From the IMG/VR virus record IMGVR_UViG_3300005253_000946: a DNA stretch of 64,000 nt, one strand, 5' to 3'. Below the pieces are notes generated by a model that ran no database searches, was not told the DNA's origin, and saw only the letters and a program-made list of their open reading frames with translations. Position 1 is the first letter of the stretch. Every line of letters starts with the position of its first letter. A program made the translations under genes and the position numbers. This document shows positions 12,255 through 22,919 of the stretch, piece by piece. This stretch comes from a virus.

Positions 12255-12536
12255 CTATCTTTGTGCGTCAGCGTATCTCCTTAAAGGGCTGGGTAGTGAA
12301 TAAGTAGTGATGAATACATCTGCTTGCTCGGTAAATACATAGATCTGGTGTCCATAGAGTAGAACTTTCTTTGGTTCACCACTAGAGTCTCTCATTCGAT
12401 CTTCTATATATCTTTTGAGCCTTCCTTTCAGATCTTTCACACTTTTTCCTTGTTCTAATACCTTTCTCAGCAGGTTTTCTGAGTAGGTTCCTATACGTTG
12501 ACGCATCCTCTTTTTACCGTGATGCGTGACTTTCAT
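12255..12536 (-). CDS. small basic protein, possibly RelE/DUF4258-like RNase fold
   Basis: N-terminal VTHHGKKRMRQR (H-x3-R-x3-R) and C-terminal FITTY. Confidence 0.35.
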   Translation of the reverse strand: MKVTHHGKKRMRQRIGTYSENLLRKVLEQGKSVKDLKGRLKRYIEDRMRDSSGEPKKVLLYGHQIYVFTEQADVFITTYSLPSPLRRYADAQR

Positions 12537-12652
12537 TTGAGTTTACTCCTTTCTAAAGAGCTGTTCTTTTGTCTCTATTAATCTTATACCACTTTAACAC
12601 AGGGTATTTCGGTATTGAAGTGCAGACTACTCTATGTTAGTTTTATATTTCA

Positions 12653-13459
12653 ATGGATAGCCAAAAAAATGTGGAGGAGTATGCGTTAGAACTAGTGCGT
12701 GCTCAGTCCTTTAGGGACGAACTTTCTGTTATACGGGATAGAGGTTTAGACAAAGAAGCCTCTATAGCTGCTGAACTCTTGTCGACAGTGGCAAATATGG
12801 GTCCAGAAGCTATTGCAGCACTAACAGCTACTGCAGCTGCTGCTAAAGCTTATGCCTATACTCACAGTGCTTTATGGGCCACCAATGCGTTTCAGCGGTA
12901 CGGTTCTAACTTTAAATTGATCAGAAAGATGCACGCTGGTTTGGGGGGTATAGCTTACCGAGCTGGTAGAGAAGGTATGCCTTTAGGAAAGGTTATTAAG
13001 ATTCCAGGTATTCTTACAGGCAACATTAAAAACCCAATCAAGATGGTTAAAACTGAATCAACTTTTGCTGGCCATATAGCTGGAACCTTTTTAACTCCAG
13101 ATCTAGTCAAAGGATTGAAGTGGGCACATAAAGCAGGAGCAGCTTCTCGTTATATACCTAAAGCGATAGCTCCAGATAAAATTGCAAAGTTAATTACATC
13201 TAATGAGTTTATCAAGAAGAGGATGCCTGCTAGTGTATTAGAGGCTGCTCAATACATCCCACAAGGTAAGGGTGGAGCTACAGGTAGAGCATTGGGTTAT
13301 GCTTTTACGAGGCCTGTTAAAGGTATAGCTGAAGATGTAGTAAACAAAAAAGCTATTAAGAAGCTCGTAGAGATAGGTAATACTCCTGTAAGTCAGTTAG
13401 GCAAATACCTCAAGCCGAAAACTAAGATACAGAAGATCAAAGAGATTCTGACGGAGTAG
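12653..13459 (+). CDS. Ala/Lys-rich hypothetical protein, possible internal virion protein
   Basis: isolated plus-strand ORF with TTGAAG-N17-TAGTTT upstream; SFRDEL...DKEAS near the N-terminus. Confidence 0.5.
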   Translation: MDSQKNVEEYALELVRAQSFRDELSVIRDRGLDKEASIAAELLSTVANMGPEAIAALTATAAAAKAYAYTHSALWATNAFQRYGSNFKLIRKMHAGLGGIAYRAGREGMPLGKVIKIPGILTGNIKNPIKMVKTESTFAGHIAGTFLTPDLVKGLKWAHKAGAASRYIPKAIAPDKIAKLITSNEFIKKRMPASVLEAAQYIPQGKGGATGRALGYAFTRPVKGIAEDVVNKKAIKKLVEIGNTPVSQLGKYLKPKTKIQKIKEILTE

Positions 13460-16097
13460 TTTCAGACAATTTACAGGCTATAGAGTGTATACACAGCCCA
13501 ACAAACATTCCTAAAAAACCCCATCCAGGCGACATATATTCCCAGTTGTCTTTAGCGAACTGTACAAAAGCCTCTAAGCCCATCCAGTCTTGTATGAAGG
13601 TATACAGACTCACGGTAAAGACGAATCCACCTACAAACGAGGTCCGAAGTAGATACTTCATTGAACAGCCTTTGTTATGTCTCGTCTTACTCGGTTCAGT
13701 GTTTTAGGTATCTGCATCGCTCGCTCGTGTAACCTACGCCAGTACTGGATTTTCTTCTGTAGCAATACCCATATACTATAGGTAGTAGCTCCAAGTAAGA
13801 ACGCTAAAGCAAGTTTTACAGCCATGTTATCCTCCACATTTGATGCAAGACCATTTAAGGGTTTTTGTGTTTAGTCGAACTATATTTCGAGTTTTATTCT
13901 TAGTTTTGTAAACTCTCTCTTCTCCGACTCCTATATACAGTTTACCTTTAGTAGCACAATTTGGACATGCAACTTTTTTGTTATTTAAGTCTGCTCTCCC
14001 CTGTACGCTTTTATGTATAGCTTCAGCTATTGTTTTACCTTTAAAGGTCTTACCTACTTCAGGGGTCTTCTTCATACTGATCCCGTAATGAAATACAGCA
14101 GTTTTAGGGTTGAACCAGAGTATAGGATGTAATTCAGATACAGAGTCTGCCTCTATACGATTGTAAGTAGATAGCGCCGCTTTAATACGCAACTGCCTTC
14201 TGTCAGACATAAGATTTCCTTTAAAAAAACGGGGGCATTGACGACCCCCGTTGGAATATTTTGCGGTTCAAGGACCGCACCCGTTCTCGATGAGGACTAC
14301 TTATCTACAGTTTTGACCCGCTTATTAAGTTTAGTGTCTGATACTGGTTTTTGGCCCATCATACCAGCTGCACCTAAAGGAACTTCCTGTATAATCTCTT
14401 CTTCTCCTGAAGCTGTTTCAGTGATCTCCTGTGGTGCATCTGCTTCTAGAACAACTGCTTCATGTTTAGCGGCCGGTTCGGGGATCGGTTGTATTGGCCA
14501 ACCATATTTAGCTTCTCTAGCAGACATTCTTTTCTGAGAGTCTTCAGCGATAGCCTCAGCCATCTCAAAGTTTAATTCTTCAGGGTTGTCGTATATTTTA
14601 CCTTCTGGGGTATGTCGGTAGTCGATAAACCCTAAAAAGATTAACTCACCCTTCTCGTTGCGTGTAAGGGCTATCTCGGTACCCATAGCGTGGGCTGCAA
14701 GCCTGTTGATCTCTTGTAGCATTCCGCTACTTACAACTTCTTGTAGTGATATTTTTCTGAGAACTGACATGTATATTTCTCCTTATGAGTTAGCGGCATG
14801 ACTAGCCGCTTCTTGCTTCGTTTTAAATTTAGCTGTTGGTTTTGCTAGTGGGCCTTTTGCTTTTACTATGAATGGGAATGATGGGTCTGTAACGTCTAGC
14901 TCGACGATAAATCCTCTAACCATCTGATTATTTTTAAACACATCCCAGGTTTCAGGATTTGAGTTGAAACGTTTCTTTGTAGTAGCAATAAAAGAAGGGG
15001 TTTGACCAAGAACAGTATCGACTTGCTGTACAGACATATTAGACTCCTTAGTTAACGTCGGAAGACTTTCTAACTGAGAATAAAGCTCTATCAGTAACTT
15101 GTCTAGCGAACTCAAACACGTTTGGGTTATTCATCTCTAAATTAGCAAGATATTTTTGAAGATTCTCGTCAGTATCGTCGGCATTATCTACGTTTACGAT
15201 TACCTTATCGACAACAGCTGGTGGTACGCAGTTGTAGATCAGAGTAGCAATAAAGGCCAGCATCTTATCGCTGTTAAGCTTTATTTCTTCTCCAGGTTTG
15301 ACTGTTTCTTCCACGATATTTCCTTGTTCCATTATACATTCTCCAGATTAGTTGTGGGCCTTTAAACTTCGAAGTAGACGTTAAACGCCTTCCTGGTTAA
15401 AAGCCTTACATAGTCCAAATACAATTGCAACTCGTCTCCTTTGTGATCTAGGATAAAAATATCTGATTTTTCATGTATTTTGTTATCTAGAACAGCCATC
15501 ATCCCTTCTAAGTCATTCCTATTTATCTCGTTTGTTCCTGGGTCAAACAGTAAGAATCTTCTCTCTGTTTGGTCTGTATATAGTATATCAAATATTTTAC
15601 TAAGTTCTCCGTTGTTACTTAGTTCGTGTTCCTCCTCAATATCGTGTAAAGTATCTTCTTCTACTTCTAGGGCTGTGGGGGTGAGATATCCGGTACGTTT
15701 GCATATTATAGTGTCAATCATCGTCTTCTCCTACGTAGACTGGGTTTTTCTTTAAAGCTAATATGATTCCGATCAAGAAGAAGTACACAATTATCTCTTC
15801 TCCGTTAGTTTTTAGGGGGATATATCTGATCATTACAAACAGGCAAGCTGTCAGAGATAATTCTACAAAAGCTATAACGTACAGCTTCCAAAAACCGACA
15901 GTCTTACGATGTACGAAAGCTTTAATTGCACCCAATGTTGTCAGAAACAGATGATAAAAACCTAATACCAATATCAAAGGTTCTAAATATTCTATTGTTA
16001 TTTCCATGTCTTCACAATCCTTATACCAGTTTTAGTATTGTAATTGCGTCCGTTGATCTTTACATAGGATCGGTGGGTCGTATACACTCATTGTGGT

Positions 16098-17561
16098 ATG
16101 AACTATCAATTCTATAGTGGTTTTACTTCTGAGCTAGAAAAAATAGCTAAAGTAAAAACCCCCCTTAAAGAGCACCAACTACGTGTCGTTAAGAGGATGC
16201 TCGAAGAGGACCAGGAAGGTCTGGTAGTAGCTCACGGACTAGGTAGCGGTAAAACCCTTACCAGTCTTGCTGTAATAGATGCACTCAAACAGCCGACAGA
16301 TGTAGTAGTCCCTGCCTCACTGCAGGATAACTACGCTAAAGAACAGAGGAAGCATACTAGCGGCATTAAGCTAGAGATCCAGTCTCTTCAAAATATCGCA
16401 CGTAAGCGCAGGGTTCCTTCTAAGCCTGTTTTGATTATAGACGAAGCTCACCGCGCACGTAATCCAGATACAGCTCAGTATCGTACCCTTGCCGCATCCC
16501 CAGCTAAAAAGAGAATGCTTCTTACAGCATCTCCTATATATAACCACCCAAGTGATTTAGCACCTTTGGTAAATATAGCTGCCGGAAACAAAGTTCTTCC
16601 TCTAAATAAGAAGGACTTCGAGAATGCCTACATACTAAAGAAGAAAATATCTCCAGGATTTTGGAAGTCGCTCATAGGTATTAAACCAGGAGAACTCGCT
16701 GAACTTAATCCAGATAAAAGGGATGAGCTTAATGAGGTTATGCGTAAGTGGGTCGATTACCAGGAAAATTCTAGAGAGGGATTCCCTGAGAAGACTACCA
16801 CGACTATCAAAGTTCCTATGACCGAGGAGCAACTTAAAGTACATGATTCTATTTTAGGTAAGGCACCATTTTGGGTACGTATGAAGGTTAGAGCAGGTCT
16901 TCCGCCATCCAAGTCCGAATCTAAACAACTGAACTCGTTCCTTACCGGTACTAGACAGATATCTAATACTACCAAGGCTCACCAGCCAGATGCTGTCCCA
17001 CAAGAACCTAAGATAGAAGATGCATTTAGACGTCTCAAGAAAGTTCTGAAAGAGAAGGGTAAAAAAGGTAAAGCAGTTGTTTATAGTCAATACCTTAGTG
17101 CTGGTATCGAGCCGTACAAACGTCGACTAGAAGAAGCTAAGATACCTTATGGAGAGTTTACAGGTAAGATGCGTAAGAAAGAGCGAGACCAACTTATCAG
17201 GGATTATAATACTGGTAAGAAAAAAGTTCTCTTACTGTCTCGCGCAGGCGGAGAGGGTCTAGACCTAGTTGGCACAAATCTTGTACAGATAATGGAGCCA
17301 CACTGGAATAACGAGGCGATTAACCAAGTTATCGGTAGGGCTGTCAGATACGGAAGCCACGCACATCTACCTAAGAAAGACCGTAAGGTACAAATACAAA
17401 AGTTCCTTGCTCGTAGACCTGACCCTGGTTTCTTTGGTAAGCTTATAGGTAGTGACAAAGACAGGGCTACTGATGAATATTTACAGATGCTGGCCGATAA
17501 CAAAGATTTATTAAATATACAATTCATAGACTTATTAAAAGGTTCTACTAGTGAACAATGA
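16098..17561 (+). CDS. SF2 (SNF2-like) helicase/ATPase
   Basis: AHGLGSGKT (motif I), IIDEAH (II), LTASP (III), GGEGLDL (V), QVIGRAVR (VI). Confidence 0.9.
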   Translation: MNYQFYSGFTSELEKIAKVKTPLKEHQLRVVKRMLEEDQEGLVVAHGLGSGKTLTSLAVIDALKQPTDVVVPASLQDNYAKEQRKHTSGIKLEIQSLQNIARKRRVPSKPVLIIDEAHRARNPDTAQYRTLAASPAKKRMLLTASPIYNHPSDLAPLVNIAAGNKVLPLNKKDFENAYILKKKISPGFWKSLIGIKPGELAELNPDKRDELNEVMRKWVDYQENSREGFPEKTTTTIKVPMTEEQLKVHDSILGKAPFWVRMKVRAGLPPSKSESKQLNSFLTGTRQISNTTKAHQPDAVPQEPKIEDAFRRLKKVLKEKGKKGKAVVYSQYLSAGIEPYKRRLEEAKIPYGEFTGKMRKKERDQLIRDYNTGKKKVLLLSRAGGEGLDLVGTNLVQIMEPHWNNEAINQVIGRAVRYGSHAHLPKKDRKVQIQKFLARRPDPGFFGKLIGSDKDRATDEYLQMLADNKDLLNIQFIDLLKGSTSEQ

Positions 17562-19108
17562 TTTCTTAAAAGGCTTTGTAAAAGAAGCCATCTCTGTTAA
17601 AGATTTAGGAGCTGTAATGAAGGCGGTTAAGTTTGGAGGATATTTGAGAGTATTCAATTTCGGCCATTCTTTGTTCTATACGTTTCTTTACTTTTTTACG
17701 TGTGTTTGTCTCGGTGTCTAATTCTAGCCAATTAAGACAGTCCATCAACAAGTAATGTCTTAAAGTAGATTCTCGTCCTTGAGATTTATTCAATTCCCGT
17801 AGTTGTCTGATTTCTGCAATAAGTAGTGGCACCATACTTAAGATTTCTGCTGTACGTGCCCATTCCTCAGCGGCATCGTCTTCGACTCGACTGTTTTCTA
17901 ATGCTGTTAATACTTCCTCGCTCAGAACCTTGTTGTCCTCGTTCAGATCCTCATCCGAATTAGATAAAAGCTTTGCAAAATTATCTGGAAAGCATTCAGC
18001 ATCGGAGTAGTCTGAATTTGCTTCAAGGTCGTTGCAGAAGCCACTACTGTCTCCATATACACAATTTTTACCTATCGCACATTTAGTTTTTTTGTTCATC
18101 GTAACCCTTCTTCGAATACCATAAGTTGTGGTCTGTACACTGCTCGAAATATTATATTACACTTTCCCTTTCTTTCTTTAGTCGAAGTCTTTTTTGTTCT
18201 GCCTCTTTTACATACGCTAACATTTTAGGGTCTGGTTCTAGGACTTCAAAACAATGTACTGACCAATCGTACCAAGCTTTAGTTAGATCGTCCCTTGCTG
18301 AATCTACTCTCTTTCGAGCCTCTTCTACAGCTAATATTAATTCTTTATTTTTAGACATTATTTTAACCCTTCTTCGAGTATTATAAGTTTGGTCTCACAT
18401 TTCATAAGTTGCGGTCCGTACACTACTGTTCCCGCAAGACAACCTAACAAAAAGCAGATAACGCCTACCGCTATTGCTCCTTTTATCGACACATAGTTAA
18501 TCTCTATATCCATATTGACCTAACGTTCTGCCCTACAGTAAGGGACCAAGTATTACGATTGCGTTTAATTTACCTACAACTGTGCCGTAGAAGGTATCGC
18601 TAACGAAGCGGTCTTCCCATCCAATATCTATGTCGACAATGCCGTAAATCGTGTAACCCATTTACCATTTACTCGCCGGGTTCTGGTAACAGTTGGGGAC
18701 TACCCTATTGGTCTCTATGGTAGTAATCCCTTCTTTATTAGATGAGATTGTCCTGGTTTTTATTAGTGTGTAAATACAGAATACTCTTGGGTGTGAGTAG
18801 TTTAATACTCTAACCTCTGCACCTTCATCCTCTGTAGTATATGAAGCTACTGGAGTCATATCACCAGTAGAGCCCTGGTACCCTTCTGTATCAGCTATCG
18901 GTACCAGAAGTATTGCCATCAGGATTAACAGTTTCTTCATTTTTGTTTACTTTCTCCTTCAAGTTTTTTAATACTTGCTTCGGTTTGTAGTTGTCTCTTT
19001 TTTGCTCTTAACTTCTCGATCTTGTTTTCAGTAACTTTGTACTGATTCCTTAGACCTCCTAATTTCTCGTAGAGCTTATTGATCTTTTCTGTAAAAGCTT
19101 CTATAGAT

Positions 19109-19585
19109 TCACTCATTAGCTTCCTCTAATATCTTTAACGCTTTCTCGTATCGTTTTCTCATACCGTCTGGTAAGATATAGCTTCCACGGTCTGTACGCA
19201 TGTTATCATTGATGTCTGCCTTTTTTATCTTAATAGCATCAGAGTCTGTAGCAGATCTTTTTACAAAGTCAAAATAGGTCTCACCTTCTCTACGACTTAC
19301 AAGGTCTACTAATTCAGCCACCCGTACCCCAAAGCAACGTTCTATACCTTCGATGGTGGTAGTTGTGTCCTCTACAATGTCATGTAAGGCTCCAGCAGCC
19401 TGTATCTCTTCAGACTCGTCCTTGAGGGTTTCAGAGACTGTTAGAGGGTGTAGGATGTAAGGAAGACCCCCTTTGTCTAGAGCACCTTCGTGAGCGTTTG
19501 TAGCTAACTCTTTAGCTCGTTCTACAAGTCCCAGCCGTGGCCCACTGGTATGCGACCCCTGTTGTTTGGTATTATCGGTGGCCAT
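19109..19585 (-). CDS. HD-domain hydrolase (SpoT-HD/Mesh1-like)
   Basis: AH...G.PYILHP...ALHDIVEDT...IKKADINDN. Confidence 0.85.
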   Translation of the reverse strand: MATDNTKQQGSHTSGPRLGLVERAKELATNAHEGALDKGGLPYILHPLTVSETLKDESEEIQAAGALHDIVEDTTTTIEGIERCFGVRVAELVDLVSRREGETYFDFVKRSATDSDAIKIKKADINDNMRTDRGSYILPDGMRKRYEKALKILEEANE

Positions 19586-20139
19586 AGTTTTGCTCCTATC
19601 CAGTATGTTATTCTTGTTAATCCTATGCCTACATAAGTACCCATACTAAAGTAGATTGAGTAGACTACTAGAGGTGCTCCTACATCATCTGTAGTCTTTG
19701 CTAAGATGAAATAGAAGACACCTCCTAATACTAAAGCAAAGAACAGAGTCGTCAGTTGGACCCATAGATGATGTATTACTTCATGCCACGCCATTAACAT
19801 GTCTATCACAAACTTAACCATCCTCTCTGCCTTCGTCGGTCTCTTTGCCAAAACTTGTCGCCTCTGCCATACTCTCTAATCTACTTTTTGGAGTATCACT
19901 TATGTTCGGTCGATCACACCTTGTGCGTCCAGTTTGTGTGCCTGAAAAATGTTGAGTTTTCATTGGGTTCGTAGTTTCTATTTCAAGTAAGTTCTTGGTT
20001 GCCCAGTTAAATATCCAGGCAACCGATTTAAGGAACCAAGAACGCCAACCTTCTACATCTCCGCGTACTCGTAATCTAACATTACATAAAGCACTCTGTT
20101 CCCGTACTAATATATTTACGCCAGCTTTTCCGCCTGGTA

Positions 20140-20445
20140 TCATTTTTTATTCTCCAAGAATGTTAACCGCTGGTAGATGCCTGCGAGATGTTTGTTCTCA
20201 ATACGTTCTACCCTGCTTACTAGGTTGGGACCTGTCTCAGGCCGTAGTTCATATCCTACCAACCAATCTAGAGTGCAGCCTAAAACTTCTGCCATTCGTA
20301 TCAGAATTTCTACCGAAGGCAGTCTCCGGCCGGATGTATATCCTTTGAGAGTAGATGGGGCTATGTGTACCAGTTCAGCAAACTCTTTAGGCTCCATTCC
20401 CATTTTATCTAATTCCTGGTTTAATCTGTTTTGTAATGTGTCCAT
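20140..20445 (-). CDS. XRE-family helix-turn-helix regulator
   Basis: FAELVHIAPSTLKGYTSGRRLPSVEILIRMAEVLGCTLDWLVG. Confidence 0.9.
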   Translation of the reverse strand: MDTLQNRLNQELDKMGMEPKEFAELVHIAPSTLKGYTSGRRLPSVEILIRMAEVLGCTLDWLVGYELRPETGPNLVSRVERIENKHLAGIYQRLTFLENKK

Positions 20446-20447
20446 TA

Positions 20448-20732
20448 TTAAGTAACCTCTTTAGTTTTTGGTAGTATGTGTACACCCATTCTACAAGGGG
20501 CGTCTGGGCTTGATTCTATCTGTCCATGACTGAAACAAGGAGTGTCCTCATACCAGGGTTTGTCGTGTATCGCACAAGAGTACTGCCCTGGAGTATCTCC
20601 GATGAGATGTTTACATTTTGTGTCAAGACCCTTATGAGCGATTAAATTGCCTTCTACGATACCTTTATCTGGGTCATTTACAATAACTACAAAACAACGT
20701 ATACAGCAGTAGCCGCAGCGTAAGCAAATCAA
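20448..20732 (-). CDS. YkgJ-like cysteine-cluster protein
   Basis: CLRCGYCC...CKHL...CAIHD...PC. Confidence 0.6.
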   Translation of the reverse strand: MICLRCGYCCIRCFVVIVNDPDKGIVEGNLIAHKGLDTKCKHLIGDTPGQYSCAIHDKPWYEDTPCFSHGQIESSPDAPCRMGVHILPKTKEVT

Positions 20733-20985
20733 TTTCCGTTATTAACGTCGGTTGGGTTTACTGTTTCCCATGCTTCTGTAAGATCTTCAGGTCTTAATAT
20801 AAATACTGCTCTCCCGCCAGGAGAAGGTACTATATTATAACACTTTGAATCATGTATAGAATCTGGTTTATATGCTACAGCCTGTTTATGACCTTTCCAG
20901 CGTATAGGACGTGCCCATAAATTTACATAATCTTCTTGTATAGCTAGTAGAGCTTCTATCATATTCATGTATTGCTCCTAATATA

Positions 20986-21018
20986 GAGAAAGGGCGACCT
21001 CCCGAAGGAAGCCGCCCT
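20986..21018 (-). terminator. intrinsic terminator after the tRNA
   Basis: minus strand GGGCGGCTTCC-TTCG-GGAGGTCGCCC-TTTCT. Confidence 0.75.
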
Positions 21019-21025
21019 AAAGTTC

Positions 21026-21101
21026 TGGTGACCCAGGTGGGATTCGAACCCACAACTAAATCTGTTAGAAGGACCTACTCTACCAGTTGAGTTACCGGGT
21101 C
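21026..21101 (-). tRNA. tRNA with CUA in canonical register (putative amber suppressor)
   Basis: 76-nt cloverleaf GACCCGG...GGTCC-TTCTAAC-AGATT...GTGGGTTCGAATCCCAC-CTGGGTC-ACCA; the anticodon stem is weak. Confidence 0.7.
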
Positions 21102-21730
21102 TTGTCTATTTTTATTTTATTAAAGACGGTCCATCTATTGCCTCTACAAAATGTGGGAAGTTGTGCATCACAGTTAGGGCACACTATTCTAAGGTTTATC
21201 CTCCGGTTGTCTGCACTATCTCCATTAATGTGATCAAGACGTAAGGTAAGAGGTTTGCCTTTCCATTTAGGACCTAATTTACAGATAGCACATTCCTCGT
21301 CTATTAGCTTTTCGCGTAGCAATCTTTTTCGTAATTTAGAAGAAGCAATAGGTGGACCATCTTTAATAAGATAATACTCGATTGGACGTCCTTTTCCATT
21401 AAAACAGTTTTTGCCAAAAGGATTAAAATGAGACGTGTCAAGTTCTAAGGCTTTTATACGTCTACCTACACTTTTATAATTAGCTCCCCGTGGATCTAGA
21501 CCCAAACCTCTTAAAACATCAGCCACAGATTTACTTTCAGGAACTAACTCTTTAAGTTTGTTATCACTCCAAGATCTCTGTGACCATTTAGAGGATAAGC
21601 TATATTTTCTCATCCAATAACGAATGGAAGTAGCGCTTTTTCCTGTTTTAGCTGCTATCTGTCTTATAGATAATTTCTCGTCTATTAGGTTTTCAAGGAG
21701 GTGTTTCTGCATCCTTAACTTGTAGCTCAT
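21092..21730 (-). CDS. HNH homing endonuclease with N-terminal HTH
   Basis: CAIC...LRLDHINGDSADNRRINLRIVCPNCD; stop codon lies inside the tRNA 5' end. Confidence 0.9.
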   Translation of the reverse strand: MSYKLRMQKHLLENLIDEKLSIRQIAAKTGKSATSIRYWMRKYSLSSKWSQRSWSDNKLKELVPESKSVADVLRGLGLDPRGANYKSVGRRIKALELDTSHFNPFGKNCFNGKGRPIEYYLIKDGPPIASSKLRKRLLREKLIDEECAICKLGPKWKGKPLTLRLDHINGDSADNRRINLRIVCPNCDAQLPTFCRGNRWTVFNKIKIDKTR

Positions 21731-21767
21731 TTGTACAGGTTAAGTCAAGCGAAACACCTCCCATATA

Positions 21768-21785
21768 CAACTGAGCTACTGAGCC
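21768..21785 (-). pseudogene. tRNA 5' fragment (acceptor strand plus half of the D arm)
   Basis: GGCTCAG-TA-GCTC-AGTTG; its acceptor strand pairs fully with the 3' strand CTGGGTC of the downstream tRNA. Confidence 0.6.
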
Positions 21786-22489
21786 ATTGTCTCTATCTCT
21801 TCGAGAATTCGTACATCCTCAACCTCCCTGATCTCTTTAGCTATCTGTTCCGCTGAAATTTCTCCAACAGCTTCTGCTGAGAGAGAGACTTCTACATCAT
21901 ATTGGACACAGGGGTCTGTATCCCAACCTTTTGGTGTAGGAGATGTAGGGATATTGAAGATCACTGCGTCTGCTAACCAAGGCTTATTAAGTTTCTTAGC
22001 TACATCAGCAGATTCAGCCCTAAGAGCATTCTTGATAGCTGTTGAAGAGATCTTGTTGTCGATAGCTGTCTTAGGCTCTATCTCGGACATTGCACGCCCG
22101 CGTAGGAGGCATTGAACTACATGAATAGCTCTAAACCTATCTCTTTGGCTGTCTTTGTCATTTAAGTTGCTTACCATGCTGCTCCAGTTGGAGTGTTTGG
22201 TATTAAGCTCAAATGCACGTTGAGACTCTTTATAGTTGGTTTTGACCTCTCGAATTGATTTTACGAGGGTGGCTTTAGATACGCCGCATTCAGCAGCGAT
22301 TAGGTTTCTTACTTGGTTGCTAAGATTCATAGAATCCTCCGTTGGTTAAGTGGTTGTTAATTTGGAACTTTTTTTGGTTAAGTTCATAACCAACGGAGGA
22401 TCGCGTGAAGATGTAGTAATCTACGTCATGGCGTTAATATAACCTTTCTTGGTTAGAGTTACAAGGGGGTAATTGTATCTACAAACGGG

Positions 22490-22810
22490 CTACGTTTTAT
22501 CTTGTTCTTTATTCCAAATCATCATTACGAAGTTGGCTACGTCTACCATATCCCCACTATCTAGATGTTTGACTAACATCTCTTTTAGGTCTGATATTTC
22601 ACAGTCTTCCATAAACCAGCCACCACGACCTTCGTCACGTTTCTCGGCAAGCTTTTCGATCATAGCCTTACCTAGGTCTTTTACCCCTTCTTCGTCGTAT
22701 ATACGATTTAGAATATCTCGCAGATCAAGTTCGTATTCAGGATAAAGGGTTCTAGAAATATTCAGTGATTGATGTATTAAACCTTTTAATTCTTCAGATA
22801 CTTTGCTCAT
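22490..22810 (-). CDS. MazG-like helical NTP pyrophosphatase candidate
   Basis: LKEMLVKHLDSGDMVDVANFVMM. Confidence 0.4.
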   Translation of the reverse strand: MSKVSEELKGLIHQSLNISRTLYPEYELDLRDILNRIYDEEGVKDLGKAMIEKLAEKRDEGRGGWFMEDCEISDLKEMLVKHLDSGDMVDVANFVMMIWNKEQDKT

Positions 22811-22832
22811 CTATACTCCTCTTATAATTGTA

Positions 22833-22919
22833 TGGTGCCGGGGACGGGAGTTGAACCCGCACGCAGTTTATTACTCTGGATTTTAAGTCCAGTGTGTCTA
22901 CCAATTCCACCACCCCGGC
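22833..22919 (-). tRNA. tRNA-Leu(UAA)
   Basis: CTGGA-CTTAAAA-TCCAG, long variable arm, encoded CCA. Confidence 0.95.

Noticed and set aside
18104-18423. Short imperfect repeats (AACCCTTCTTCGA..ATAAGTT..GGTC)
   Set aside because: Only 2-3 degenerate copies at the ends of small ORFs; not regularly spaced, so not a CRISPR array or DGR pair.
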